From positions 418,371-482,370 of the forward strand of contig JALDTO010000235.1 in NCBI GenBank assembly GCA_023515725.1: a DNA stretch of 64,000 nt, given 5' to 3'. Every line of letters starts with the position of its first letter. Within the stretch, counting starts at the first letter, position 1. Under the pieces are notes generated by a model, which was not told the DNA's origin, ran no database searches, and saw only the letters and a list, made by a program, of their open reading frames with translations. The DNA comes from Amoeboaphelidium protococcarum X5 (Eukaryota; Fungi; Aphelidiomycota). Both the position numbers and the translations under genes were made by a program. This document shows, in pieces, positions 25,940-37,989 of this stretch.

Positions 25940-27574
25940 TCACAAAGTGCTGAACAGGAACAAGTTATTAGTGGCAGCGACAGCGACAGAGTTCTCTTTC
26001 GGATGCCAGGATGAGTGCAAAATCTTCTTGGAAAAGTCCACAGTATCCGGATTAATTTCCTCCTTCTTGGATAGACCACCACCGGTACTGCCCGAGGACA
26101 GGGACTTTGTGGATTTACCCAAGCCGAGCTTGGTCTTGGCAGTGTTTGATCGCTTAGCCTTGAATGCACTCTTATCCGCCTGTAAGGACACCTCATTCTT
26201 ACTGCCTCTATCGTATATATTGAAATAGTTGCCATAAGAACCGGTGAGCATATACTTGCCATCGCCACTCCAGTTACATTCAAACTTGTCAAACAGAATC
26301 TCCTGCTCATACAGCTCGGCCAGCTTAGAGTTGACATAGTCATGAACATTGATCTTCTTCACCGGCTTATTCTCCATATTGACGTCCCATAGCTTTAAAG
26401 TGAGGTAGTCGCGAGACAGCAAGTACCTACCATCTGGACTGAATCTGACATCATTCACAGAGGACAGGATCTCTGTAAAGAAGCTCTTGTTCGCAGGATC
26501 CTCATCCTCTTCATAACATTTGGCATGTCTATCACACAGAGCCTATTACCTCATGTCAGCGAGCTTGATGGTGCCTTTACTACTGCTGTACACAAACTAA
26601 TTACACAGCAGAGGATGGAACTCGGCAGCTGTGATAACCTCAGTCAGCTCTTCCATATTCACCGGTTTGATATCAACAATGTTGAAGCTCTGATCATTGA
26701 CTGCAAAATTCCACAAGTTAATTCTCAGATCATCTGCAGATAGGAAGGTCTCCTGGTCCGAGTTGACAGAGATAGAGTTGATGTGGTAGGTGTGAGCATT
26801 AGCATAGATCTTCTTGGGCTATGCTGCCACAAAAGCGTCCGATATCAGAACCTTGGGCAACTTTAAGATACCATTAGGCGCCGAGGAATTCTCAGTGTCC
26901 ATGGCATTTATGTTACCCTCCACCAAACTCTTTACCGTCTTTTCATACACTTTCCATAACTTGATCGTTTTATCTACACACAAATATATTAGAAGATAAT
27001 CGCTTTCGGTGAATCTATAATGAATGATGAGATAGCCTTACCATTAGTGGATAGAAGCAAATTGTTATTGCCATGCTGCTTCAACCACTTGATCTTATTA
27101 ATCTTCTCCTCAATCTCCACACTTTTGAGGTAGTCAAACTCTGGCTCATGTGATTAGAACTCTGTATAAAACTTGTACTCACATCCCTTCTTCTACACAG
27201 ACATATACATATATAGTAGATAGATTCAGATGCATACATGACAACAATCGCTCTCTGAATGGCCAGCCATTTATTATAGCGGCATATTCAGATGAGCAAA
27301 AGTCATTATCATCATCAGAATAATCTCAAATGATCAATATTAGTAACAGATATCAACATCAACAACTTACCTAAGTGTTTCGCTCAAACAGAACCACTCT
27401 GCCTCCCTTGTCACCAGTGGCGAGATAGTTACCAGTGTGGTCGAATTCCACAGCAGATATGATATCAGGCTCTGTTACATCCTCGACATCACCCTTGTCG
27501 CCGAAGCATTAGGCAAACTTCCAAGTTCCATCTTCTTGTGACTATTATTACTACTACTACTATTATGAACTCAT
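25940..27574 (-). CDS. CDC55: PP2A regulatory subunit B55/Cdc55; introns 27193-27370 and 26974-27041
   Basis: [54 protein letters not shown]-terminal Gln8 encoded entirely by TAA/TAG. Confidence 0.97.
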
Positions 27575-27794
27575 TTCAAATATCTAGTGTTGGTTGATGT
27601 CAGCAATCTAGGCAGTGTAAACAGAACTTGATTTTATCAATAAAATACTGTTGATTTAAAAGGTAATTCTAGGTGCAAGCAGTCGATTGGTGATTCAAAA
27701 GCGATCCTTAAAATTGCAATTAGATAGGTTGACACTTCTTGTTCTTGTTCTTCCTCTTCCTCAGTTCAGTAAATAAATGAAGGGGTTAAATTGT

Positions 27795-27850
27795 AACGGA
27801 ACGAACGAACGAACGAACGTCTTTCTTTGTTGTCGCTCTCTCTCTCTCTG
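27795..27850. repeat. (GAAC)n and (CT)n simple repeats upstream of CDC55
   Basis: aacggaacgaacgaacgaacgaacg followed by a ctctctctct tract. Confidence 0.8.
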
Positions 27851-28511
27851 TGTTCTTTGGAGCTCGTTTCTGCTGATTCTTTCTTTTGGGCTGAGGAACA
27901 ACACACACACGGAGAGAGCGCCCGCTTGAGAGTGAGAAAGTCTGTCCGACGAGAACGACCGGGCGAGTGAGAGAAAGTGAGTGAGTAGAGCCATTTGGTT
28001 TCAGACGTCAACAGCAAATGGCGGACAGTTTCACACATTGTGTACGATGAGGCACAAGAAATAGATCACGTATACAATAAATGTTAACAATCACGTTTTA
28101 ACTAGAAAAGTTATTTTTCTGAGGTCTTCAATTCCGTGACTAAGTTTCAGCTTTGGCTATTATTTCTATGGTATTATCTTAATCTGTTTCGAACGATGTT
28201 TTATCGTTTTGAAGTTTTGATCCTATGATTATTCATTTGATGACTATTTATGAGGTTCTTTTCTCTTCTTCGTTACTAAATTATTATCTCTCATCTCACT
28301 TAACATTGATTATTTTAATTTTCAACAATATATGCATGAATTTTTTGGAGTATAGACACGCGTTATAGTGTGGAGTCACCGAGACTGCGCCACCGATTTA
28401 TAATCAAGTAAATAGACTGACGTGATAAATTTCCCAGTTCGTCACTCGTCTCTTTAATTCTGAATAGAATTTCTTCAATAAATATAATAAACACAAATAA
28501 ATAACTTAGTT

Positions 28512-29879
28512 ATGCGTAAGTATTTATGCTTATTTGTGGCCTCCTTTGCACTGGGTGCGTAAATTTCATTCAATAGAGCTTCTTTGGCTCCTCTACGCGT
28601 TCCAGATGTGACTCCGACCGCTGAGCTCGCCAATGATCAGTACATTGTGCAGATGCGCGGCGTTGATGGTGATCTTGAGACTGCTGCTATTACTGGTACC
28701 ACTACGCTGAATGCTCATCTGACTTGGTTGTAGTCTGTTGTTGCTGAAGCTAATACCCAAGAATTGTAGGATGTGCAGTCGATCGTTTAGCAGTAGTATG
28801 ATTTCCCTGGATTCCAAGGTTATGCCGGTCGCTTCTCTTCACGCGTCATTGATGCTATTCGTGGCCATCCTGATGTTGAGCTGGTGGAGCAGGATATGAT
28901 GGTCAAGTTGGACTACATCCTTGAAGATGATAAGAAAATTCCTGAAAGTATTGCTAACATTGCATGGGCTCACAACAAGACATCATGGGGCATGTAGCGC
29001 GTAAGTCAAGTTGACGCTGTCAAGTAGAAAGGTGACCAGCCCGGATATCCTGTTTACTCATTCACAGGTAACGATAAGGAAACTGGTAAAGGTGTTGATA
29101 TCTATATCGTTGACACTGGTATCAATGTTGGTCATGAGCAGTTTGAAGGTCGCGCTAGATGGGGTAAGACCACCGCATGGTTCTCTGGCAATAAAGATGG
29201 TAATGGGCACGGTTCTCACTGTGCTGGTCTGTCTGCTGGTAAAACCACAGGCGCTGCTCCGAAAGCGAACCTGGTCGCCGTCAAAGTTTTGGGGCCCGGT
29301 GGCATTGGTATGATTAGTTGGATCATTGCCGGTTTGGATTACGTGGTAAAGGATCATAAGAGAAAGCACAGCTGGTGGGGAGGTAGAAAGGCTAACAAGA
29401 AGAGCGTTATTAATATGTCGCTTGGTGGTCCATACATTTAGTCTCTGAATGCCGCTGCAGACAAGGTGGTTGAGAATGGAATTCCTATCGTTGCTGCTGC
29501 TGGTAATTCTGCCGCTGATGCTTGCACTTTTAGTCCTGCTAGCGCTGAGAATGTTTTCACTGTGGGAGCGAGTGATATACTGGATAGCCCGGCGTTCTTT
29601 AGCAACTATGGATCGTGTGTGAACGTTTTCTCACCTGGTCATTTCATCTATTCTTCATGGAATTAGAGTCCAAAGAGTTATCAAGTTCTGAGTGGAACAA
29701 GTATGGCATCTCCTATTGCCGCTGGCGTCCTCGCTGCTATTTGGAGTGGCATGGATGCGTCAGCTTCTTATAAGGATGCCATTGAGAAGCTGTCAAAGAT
29801 TGCCAACAAGGACAAGATTAGAAATCTCGACAGAGCTTCACCTAACGCTTTGGTGTTCAACGGTGCAGGGGCCAATTGA
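28512..29879 (+). CDS. Secreted or vacuolar subtilisin (S8, proteinase K/cerevisin-like) with I9 propeptide, 455 aa
   Basis: Signal peptide, YIVQM I9 motif, catalytic VDTG, HGSHCAG, AAGNS, SGTSMASP. Confidence 0.95.
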
Positions 29880-30047
29880 GTTGTGGCGAGATAAATAAGA
29901 GTCGTGATAATTTATAGGATTGGAATACATACTAAGTAATGCAATTGAAATCATTCTTTTTATATCTTTGCTGATGTACTTGTATAATGGAAAATAACAG
30001 ATGGATAAAGTCAACATATTTATGAGTATATTTTAAAGATTTAAATC

Positions 30048-32510
30048 TCATTTATCGAAAGTCTCAGCGTCATAATAAGGCTACTAATTACTATCTTGGT
30101 GTTGCATCGACTATTATTCGTGCACTGCCTACTGATTCCTCAGTCCACTGTTTACGTCAGCAGCATTACTTCTTCGGCGGGCGTGAGCAATTTAATTAGC
30201 ATGACCGCTTGCAGTTGACCCAGAAGATGGCTAAGATGAATGAGATTAAACGTGAGCTTGCTGGATACCGCCATGCATGGTCTAAGCGAGCGACGACGAC
30301 TACTATGCACTTGCACTAGCAGGATTATGTGTAGACGCAGAAGAGGAGGCGAAATATTCACCACCCATTGAACTCATTGGTGGAGTCGTCACAATCGACT
30401 TTGGCTAACCAGTACTGCCAGAGGGAGCATTCTTTGGGCTAATGTTCCTCAATTGCTTACCATGAAGAGCATTCCTCAACGCCCTGCTCGCAAATACTGT
30501 GAGTCCCAGGTTGCCCCAATCTTCATCATGCAGATCACGCAGATCACCGACGGTCATCACATCCTAAGCATGAAGCTTGGCTAGCCATTCTCGCTCTTTA
30601 TCCACACCACGATTATTGACTACTGCAGTGTCGTGCACCAAATCTTCGATAGCCTACTCATCTTTGTAGTCTTTCAATGGAACAGTAGTCTACTAACCAT
30701 CCTCAGTGTTGATCGTGAGAGCTTTACCATTGTCAGCAACAAAAGTCGAGCTAATCATAGTCTATCCGGGACTTCCAATAGCCGATGATGCATTGTATGA
30801 GTGCATAGAGTCCTGCAGATTGGGACTGGCAACTGTTCGCTCCTCAGCCAATCTAGCTCTAACCTCTGAAAGCTCAGCCTTCTTCTCAGCTTCAAGAGCA
30901 CGCACAGTCGCCATCTGTACCTCAAGCTTTGCCCGATCCAATTCATCTCGCATGATGGTGGTGTCACTCCGTCTCCACATTTATCGACTCTCCTCCTTGG
31001 TGCCTTTATTCTCAACACTGAGTTTATGAAGATCCCTAAGGATACGATTGATCTCGTGTGTAATAAGTACTTGGTATTTCTAATGCAAAACCTTCTCCTA
31101 AATCATCTCATTCACCACATCCTCTGCAGTGTCATTCTCGACATTAAATTCAAATTTCACCGACAGCTTCTCCATGCCTCTAAACAATACCTGCAGAACT
31201 AAATTGATTTTATCATCACTAGCAGATATGAGCACAACCTCTGGCTCTACAGTCAAAAATGGGTGCTCCAAGAGTTGGGCGGCAGATAATCGATCATTCT
31301 CAGCGCATATACACTTTCCAAGAATATCAGTCACTTCAGAATCAGTAACTTTATGCAAACAATCTGGTTTAAGACCTTACGAGACCTTTTTGTAAATCTA
31401 AGCAGCGTTAGTGCATTCAGAATAAGGATATTCGCCAGTCACCATTTCAAGTAAGCACATACCGAAAGCATAAATATCCACCTTCTCATTATAGCCCTTC
31501 TCTTCATACATTTCTGGAGCCATAAACTCTGGAGTTCCAATAACAGTGTACTTCTTACCTAATTTCATCTTTGCCGTGCCCATATCACCAATCTTGACTT
31601 CACCATGAGCTCCATTGATAAAGATGTTATCACACTTGATATCTCGATGAATTATCGGTGGATTATGAGCGTGTAGGTAGGCCAAGCCTTTCAAAATCTA
31701 TCGACACCATCGCTTCACGACTTTAATGTTGGGACTCTGTAACTTACGAATATACTCACGCAAAGTACCAGAAGTCATTAACTCCGTCACGAATACAAAT
31801 TCATTATTATTGAACCAGCAGTCATGAAAGTTTATAATATTCGGATGCCTGACTCGTTTAAGTATTTCAATTTCCTGACTGAGAGCAGTAAACTCTGCCT
31901 TGGTGGTCTAAAAACAGTTCCACGCCACCTCATAACCTTCTTCTCGGTCTATAGCTTTGTACACGACCTTATATGCACCCTTGCCGAGAATACAATTAAG
32001 TTTAGCATATCTGCCATTCGGACTGAGGTCAACAATCCGTTCACCACCTTCGACATTGGAGTTATAAGTCTAAACAAACTGATCTGGAGACGATCCACCG
32101 GCCGACATGGCAGCCATCAAAGCATCCCTATCAATACTCATCTACGGATTCCTCAAGTTATCTAAATGTAGAGGCGGCACAGTAGTAGAGCTAGCAGATT
32201 ACATAGTGTCAGTCGCAGCAGTTGACCCCACCGTAGTCATTGTTCGAGGAGGAGATCCTGCAATTCTATTCAAGTTTTACTACTGTTCCTGCTATTGCAG
32301 ACTATGTTACGGACTAAGATGCTACTACTACTACTACTAATACTATTACGTTGGAGATTATTAAGGCAGTGACGTCTACTATTAAACTTGCTATTTCTAC
32401 TGTTACTGCTATTATCTCTACTAACGTAAATGCTCAATCAGCTCACTTTACGCCTGCTACTGAAGTATAGCAAATTTATCATCTTCCTTCTTGTTACTAC
32501 TACTACTCAT
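30048..32510 (-). CDS. WNK: WNK-family Ser/Thr kinase with polyQ N-terminus, CCT-like domain and C-terminal SAM-like domain (820 aa)
   Basis: [13 protein letters not shown] (WNK lysine in subdomain I), [74 protein letters not shown]. Confidence 0.93.
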
Positions 32511-33008
32511 CCCAACCACAACGTACTAGCTTACTTTATTAATACAGTTCTAAACAATAGGCAAACAGAGAGTCAGAAGATAGCAATGTATAAAAGACCA
32601 AGAGTGGCCCAGAATAACACCAAGTGAGTAATATGAAAAGAATGGTACAGACCTTAAATAACACACTCCAAGTGAAATGAAAAGGAGAAACGAAGGAAAA
32701 GAGAAGTTTTTTTCTGTTCTGACCGCGCCAGTCTTGAAGCTAACGCTGGCAGAAGCACAGGAAGAGAACGGCATAAGCGCGATCTTCATTGCGTCGCGTT
32801 CTGTGACTCGTCGCAATGACTCCATCGTTCATATCGCCCGCTAAAGTGCAACGAGAATAGACAAAGCTACAGTGAGAGAGTTACTCCAAGTTTACACTCG
32901 TCGTATATGAGGCGTGAGAAAGTAAATGCTTAGTAGAGTGAAACGAACACTTTAAATCGAGAAACAATTCTACTAAATCCTTCCATATATAGTATGTTTA
33001 GACACTTA

Positions 33009-33774
33009 TCACTCCTGTTTTTCATCGCGTAGCATTAATGAAATCCTTCGTTGCTGCTTGAACTACGCGCCATCAACACTGAACATACCATTCTCAGACT
33101 GTATCGAATGCTTGTAATCTCGTCTTACAGATCCTCTACAATATCATAACACGGTGGTTAGTTAATTGTATTACAATGACAAAAGCCCACAATGTATTAT
33201 TAATCTTACTTTGTGATATAAAAAGACTTTCTTGGAATATGGATCTTCTACCAGTCCGAGGTGTTTTAATTATGCTCAAACTTTATGACCGTGTCACTTA
33301 ACAAACTAAGACCACAAACAAACTCACCAGAATACTACAAAGCAGAATGTTAGTGTTTCAAGTTCAAGGTATAAAAATATAATTTACATCAATGTAATCA
33401 GTGTGCGGTCCAATGACACCATTTTCGGCAAGATCTAAAACATGAATAGGCTTCCATTTGATACTGTCACGTTAACTCAAATCTTACACGCTCTTCCTCA
33501 TTCTTGAGAATATCAATTCCATATCCTATGGCCAGCTAGACATAATGCACTCTCTGTACCCTTTTATAACTTTATCAAAATGATCATAATGATAAGGTTC
33601 TCGACGTGCCAGACGTGCATCCACATACTTTACCAATCGCGACTCTTCATCTGCAGTGATAAAATCCTTGCAGAGTATAAAGTCTCCAGTCTAATGAAAA
33701 CTTAACGGTCGGACAGCTAATCTCAATATCTAATGGCCATTATACAGCTAAGAAATCTTTTTTTGAACAATCAT
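33009..33774 (-). CDS. ALKBH7: Alpha-ketoglutarate-dependent dioxygenase AlkB homolog 7; introns 33335-33387 and 33136-33209
   Basis: DFITADEE, DHFDKVIKGYRE, HVLDL..GVIGPHTD, GLSLLSD, YKHSI, RRISLMLRD. Confidence 0.9.
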
Positions 33775-33894
33775 TAGTCTTTAATGCTTGATACCGTTTT
33801 GATCAAAACTTGAAGATCAATCAGCAATTCCCTTCGTTCTCTTTTCTTTAAGCGAATTTCATCAAGAGAAAATTAGACAGATTATCAAAACGAA

Positions 33895-34563
33895 ATGCCA
33901 AAGAAGTTACCTTTTACACTACCAAAGCAGATCCTAGAGGCTGCGTATGAATAATCGCTGGATGGTGTACGTTCCTCCCGGCAAAGAGTGCGCGAAAGTC
34001 TGAGCATGTAGAAGAAGGCGCGTGATTAGTATGGAAATAAAGAGCTTATGCCCAAGTTTTATCTCAATGACGTGGTGGAAGTGAGGAAGGGTTTTTTTGA
34101 TAAACGCATCGAGTCAAATATCGCTTCTAATACGCCATAACATGACGCGGCATTGAGCAGTGAACAGGATCAATAGCTGCGAAGAGGACCTATCGTTGGT
34201 GTCGACTGGAAGAAACGCGCCGTCTACGTGAAAGACATGTATCAGAAGATAATGCGTCATTCTAGTACCTCCGCCATTAGTTTATTGCCTATTCCAATGA
34301 CGGCGGTGTAGCATATTGATCCAACCACCGACAAACCTACGGATATCATATTTAAGCCGGCGGACTGGTCTGCAGGTGAATGTGGCCGTATAAGGTACTC
34401 TGTAGAGTCCGGTTCATAGATTCCATACAAGTTTGACAAATCTGGCCCCAATAAAGACAAGACCAAAGGAGACTGGGACACTGAGACAGCAGTTGCTTCT
34501 GATAGGACGTTCTATCTGGATGATCCATTTGCTAATCCGTTCCCTAAAGAGCTGAGAATGTGA
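33895..34563 (+). CDS. MRPL24: Mitochondrial ribosomal protein uL24m (MRPL24/yeast Mrpl40-like), 222 aa
   Basis: KOW-like DVVEVRKG..G.IVGVD, PIPMTAVQHIDP, RIRYSVESGSQIP, DT..RTF. Confidence 0.75.
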
Positions 34564-34611
34564 TAAAATAGATTTGATATCATGATTTTATAACTATTCA
34601 TGATATCTTGA

Positions 34612-35749
34612 TCATGCTTTTAAAGTCTATAGCATGCGTTTAAGTGCATTCGATGATGGCATTTCAATTTTGTTAACCTTCAAATGTTTATCCGCCCGCG
34701 TGGCTCCCAAATTGATGATATTAACCGCAGCTCCTTTCTAAAGGGCTATTTTAACTATCCTGTAAGCAGAGTAAACTTCAAGAGAAGATCCGATGACTAG
34801 AACAGAATCTTGTTCCGCCTATAGACTCCCGACCGTTCGCAGTACATGATCTCTAACAGATACTTCCAAATTCTCACCAAAGAACACCACTGCTGGTTTA
34901 TAAATTCCCTTGTACTGTCGGCGATTCGGATGTAAATCATCATCATTACAATGTTGACACGTTGGATATCTAAAGTTGGCATATGACAATTTGCCCAAGT
35001 CTACATCGCCATCCGGTCTCACAACTGAATTCTTGTAGGATAGACCAGTATTTGGGCGTTAAACATGTCTATCCACTCCAAGAGTATGTAGTACGTGCAT
35101 TTCATCATCATCAGATCGATTTAAGAAATTGTGACTCTCATAATACTCTGTGTATTATTACGTTGCATCCCGTAATAACTGAGACCATGATGGATTTAAA
35201 TCAAGTAGAGCCAGTTGAAATGCATCACGTCCACCTTCAAATGGCCGAAGACATCCTTAACAGATCACCTCCGACAGAGTTCCATGCATCTACACAACAT
35301 CACGAGACCGCGCCTTCAAATGCAAACCATCAACATTCTGGGTAAATATTTCGAACGGAATTAAACCTTATAAAGCTGTCAGAGCGATGTGAGAGGAGTT
35401 GGGTCTCGCCAGAGATATCCTGGGCCAGCCTAAAAAGCTTCGAGCCCAATATCGTCTCCGCCGCTCATCAGATCTCATAAATTCCTAATACGTAATAGGT
35501 TTATAATCTTTTTAAATAGTGTAACTTCCATTCGGTCCTACAACTATGATCAAAGAACTTTTAGAAATGTTGATGATGATGAGACTATACGAGACGGTAC
35601 ATACCGCGATAATCAGGAATTCCACTATCGGTAGATATACCAGCACCAGTGAGCACTACAAGTTTTGAACTCTTGTTCAATGAGTGTTGTCTTATCGTTT
35701 AGCACAACTTCTCTAACGTCATCATTGCCGCTTGTCTGTAAGAAAACAT
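34612..35749 (-). CDS. SIRT4: Class II sirtuin (SIRT4-like); intron 35538-35604
   Basis: TGAGISTDSGIPDYRG, RRRYWARSFLGWP, TQNVDGLH, RPDGDV, KPAVVFFGEN, GSSLEVYSAYR. Confidence 0.95.
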
Positions 35750-36264
35750 GCGAATATTTAACGAAGCGATCAACGCGTATCTGAAACGTTCAACTTTGCC
35801 CCCTTTCGCCAAACTTTTCCAAGCAAGTACAGTATTAACTATAAAAATAAGGAATTTGTGATGATAGATTAAAAACTCTTGGAAATTTATGATGAAAATA
35901 GATAGTTCTACTCTTACTTTGACACACTTCATGCTATGTGAATTTAAAATCAAATACATCTTCTTTAATTAACTAGAAATCGAATAAAGAGTACAGACTG
36001 ATATAGTTATAGTAATAGAGTGCACCACTAGAACCATCCCAATTAATATTGCAACTCTGTTATTGCCAATTAACGGTGAATGACCATAACAACCACACCG
36101 CGAACTCAAGCCAATCATCATCATCATCAAACGTTGATCTCCCGAATCGGCCAGCAGAAAGCGCTCGCTTTCCTCAACAGAATTCGCGCCGATCAATTTT
36201 TTTTATTTCATCTGAATATTTCACACCGCTCACTTCATCTTGATCAGGAGGATAACGAATAATT

Positions 36265-37791
36265 ATGAATGCCCTCTTTAACAACATTTACAAGTAACGA
36301 CAATTTTAGAAAATTAATTCCATGTGCTGTACGGGATTGATGCTTAGAATATTCCTGGGTCTGACCATGATGTCTCTGGTATTCATTTTAATAAATTTTG
36401 CTTATGAGTATCGATATTCTGTCATCTACTCAACATCATCATCAGCTCCCTCTATTTGGTCTCAGGATCAATTTCATAAGACTCTACAGAGTAAGGCAAT
36501 TAATAATACTGTCCTTATTGTATAGATTTAGGGCGATATGTCTGAGCATGCCCTGCACTTTTTGTGTAAAATTTCCCATCTGACTGCTGAGGATCATCAT
36601 TCCGAAAGTAGTGGTAGAAATAACTTTAAAAATAATACTCGTAGAATTAGTCGCGCTGAGAATGTAATTTTCTGGGCCTATGATAGAAAGACGTATGTGC
36701 GGATGCTTTCAATTTAGCGTAAAATGGCTTCTAGCGATAATAATGATGGTAAATCATTTGGTGTTATATATGATCCAGATGCTCCCCGGCTATGGGGAAT
36801 TAAAGGTCCAGATTTTAGGACAATGATGGAGTACCGCCCTGTGTTTATTATTAAACTCTTGAAGCTTGGATACAATGTCCTCTTTATAGATACTGACGTT
36901 CTATTATTCCATGATCCCTTCCAGTATATTACTTAGTCTGTGCCGGCGCCGACTAGTAATGGAAATCATTCCGAATTGAAAGTTGAGAGTCAGCATGGTG
37001 ATGATCCACCTCTGTCCAAGATTATGGCTCTTGACCACTATCTTGGAGGTATTACTGATGTTGATTTGGTTTATTCTACAGATGCCAGAGACTTTTACTC
37101 TAATCTTGAAGATCCTTTGGAAGGTGGTAATTCTATAGCTAAAATATGTGGTGGACTCTTTTTTGCCAGGCCGACGCCTAACTCTATTCGCTTCTTTGAA
37201 ATAATGTTAGAGTACATTCAGAGTAATACTTGGTGGTAGTACTGGCGCAATATTAATCTTAATGATTAGACAGCTGTTGATATTATGCTAAACTTTGAAG
37301 TTAGTGACACGAAATTGCCTGGTATAAAAGCGGTCATGGTGGGTCCACTGCCTAGATGTCTTCCTAGATGGAAGGGAATGCCTCGACGTGATTGTATAAA
37401 TTTTGATAATGGAAATTAGAATTAATCATTAGTGGATTATAGTTAGTTTCCTCAAGTGATCAAGGATATGCTGGTGGATGGTGCTGTCGATTCCCTACCG
37501 AAAGATGTACTGAAAGTGCGAATGTTGGATCAAACATAGTACATGAATGGCATTCTCTATCAAAAACATTTGTTGGAAGAAAATAAGAAATCTGCTATCT
37601 GGTATTAACAGCTGCTTTATCAGTAGCATGGTATTGTGCCTCCAAATTATTAAACTGCTGAACAGCAACTTCAAGAAGGCGATACGTTGGTATCCTTTCA
37701 TGCCAACTTTCCCTATACATACAATAAAAAGGAACAACTCTAGTAAATCGGTCTCTGGCTTCTTGATGAAGAGGGACGATGTACTTTATGA
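36265..37791 (+). CDS. Type II membrane nucleotide-diphospho-sugar transferase (GT77/Nucleotid_trans-like), 508 aa
   Basis: N-terminal TM segment, LLKLGYNVLFIDTDVLLFHDP (DxD), ICGGLFFAR, NDQTAV, FHANF, terminal GLWLL. Confidence 0.85.
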
Positions 37792-37989
37792 TTTGTGTGT
37801 TACTGTGCTTGTTTAAACATAAAGAGATTTTACTGATTGATTTTAAATATTCCCGTTCGTTATACGCACTTGCTCGTTCTTTAATTTTTTGAATTTTATC
37901 TACTTTTTTTTCTCCCTTGAAATTTCCTCTTAATATCTCTCAACAAGTAAAAAGGTTAAATCTCTGTACAAAGTCATTACAAGATTAAT

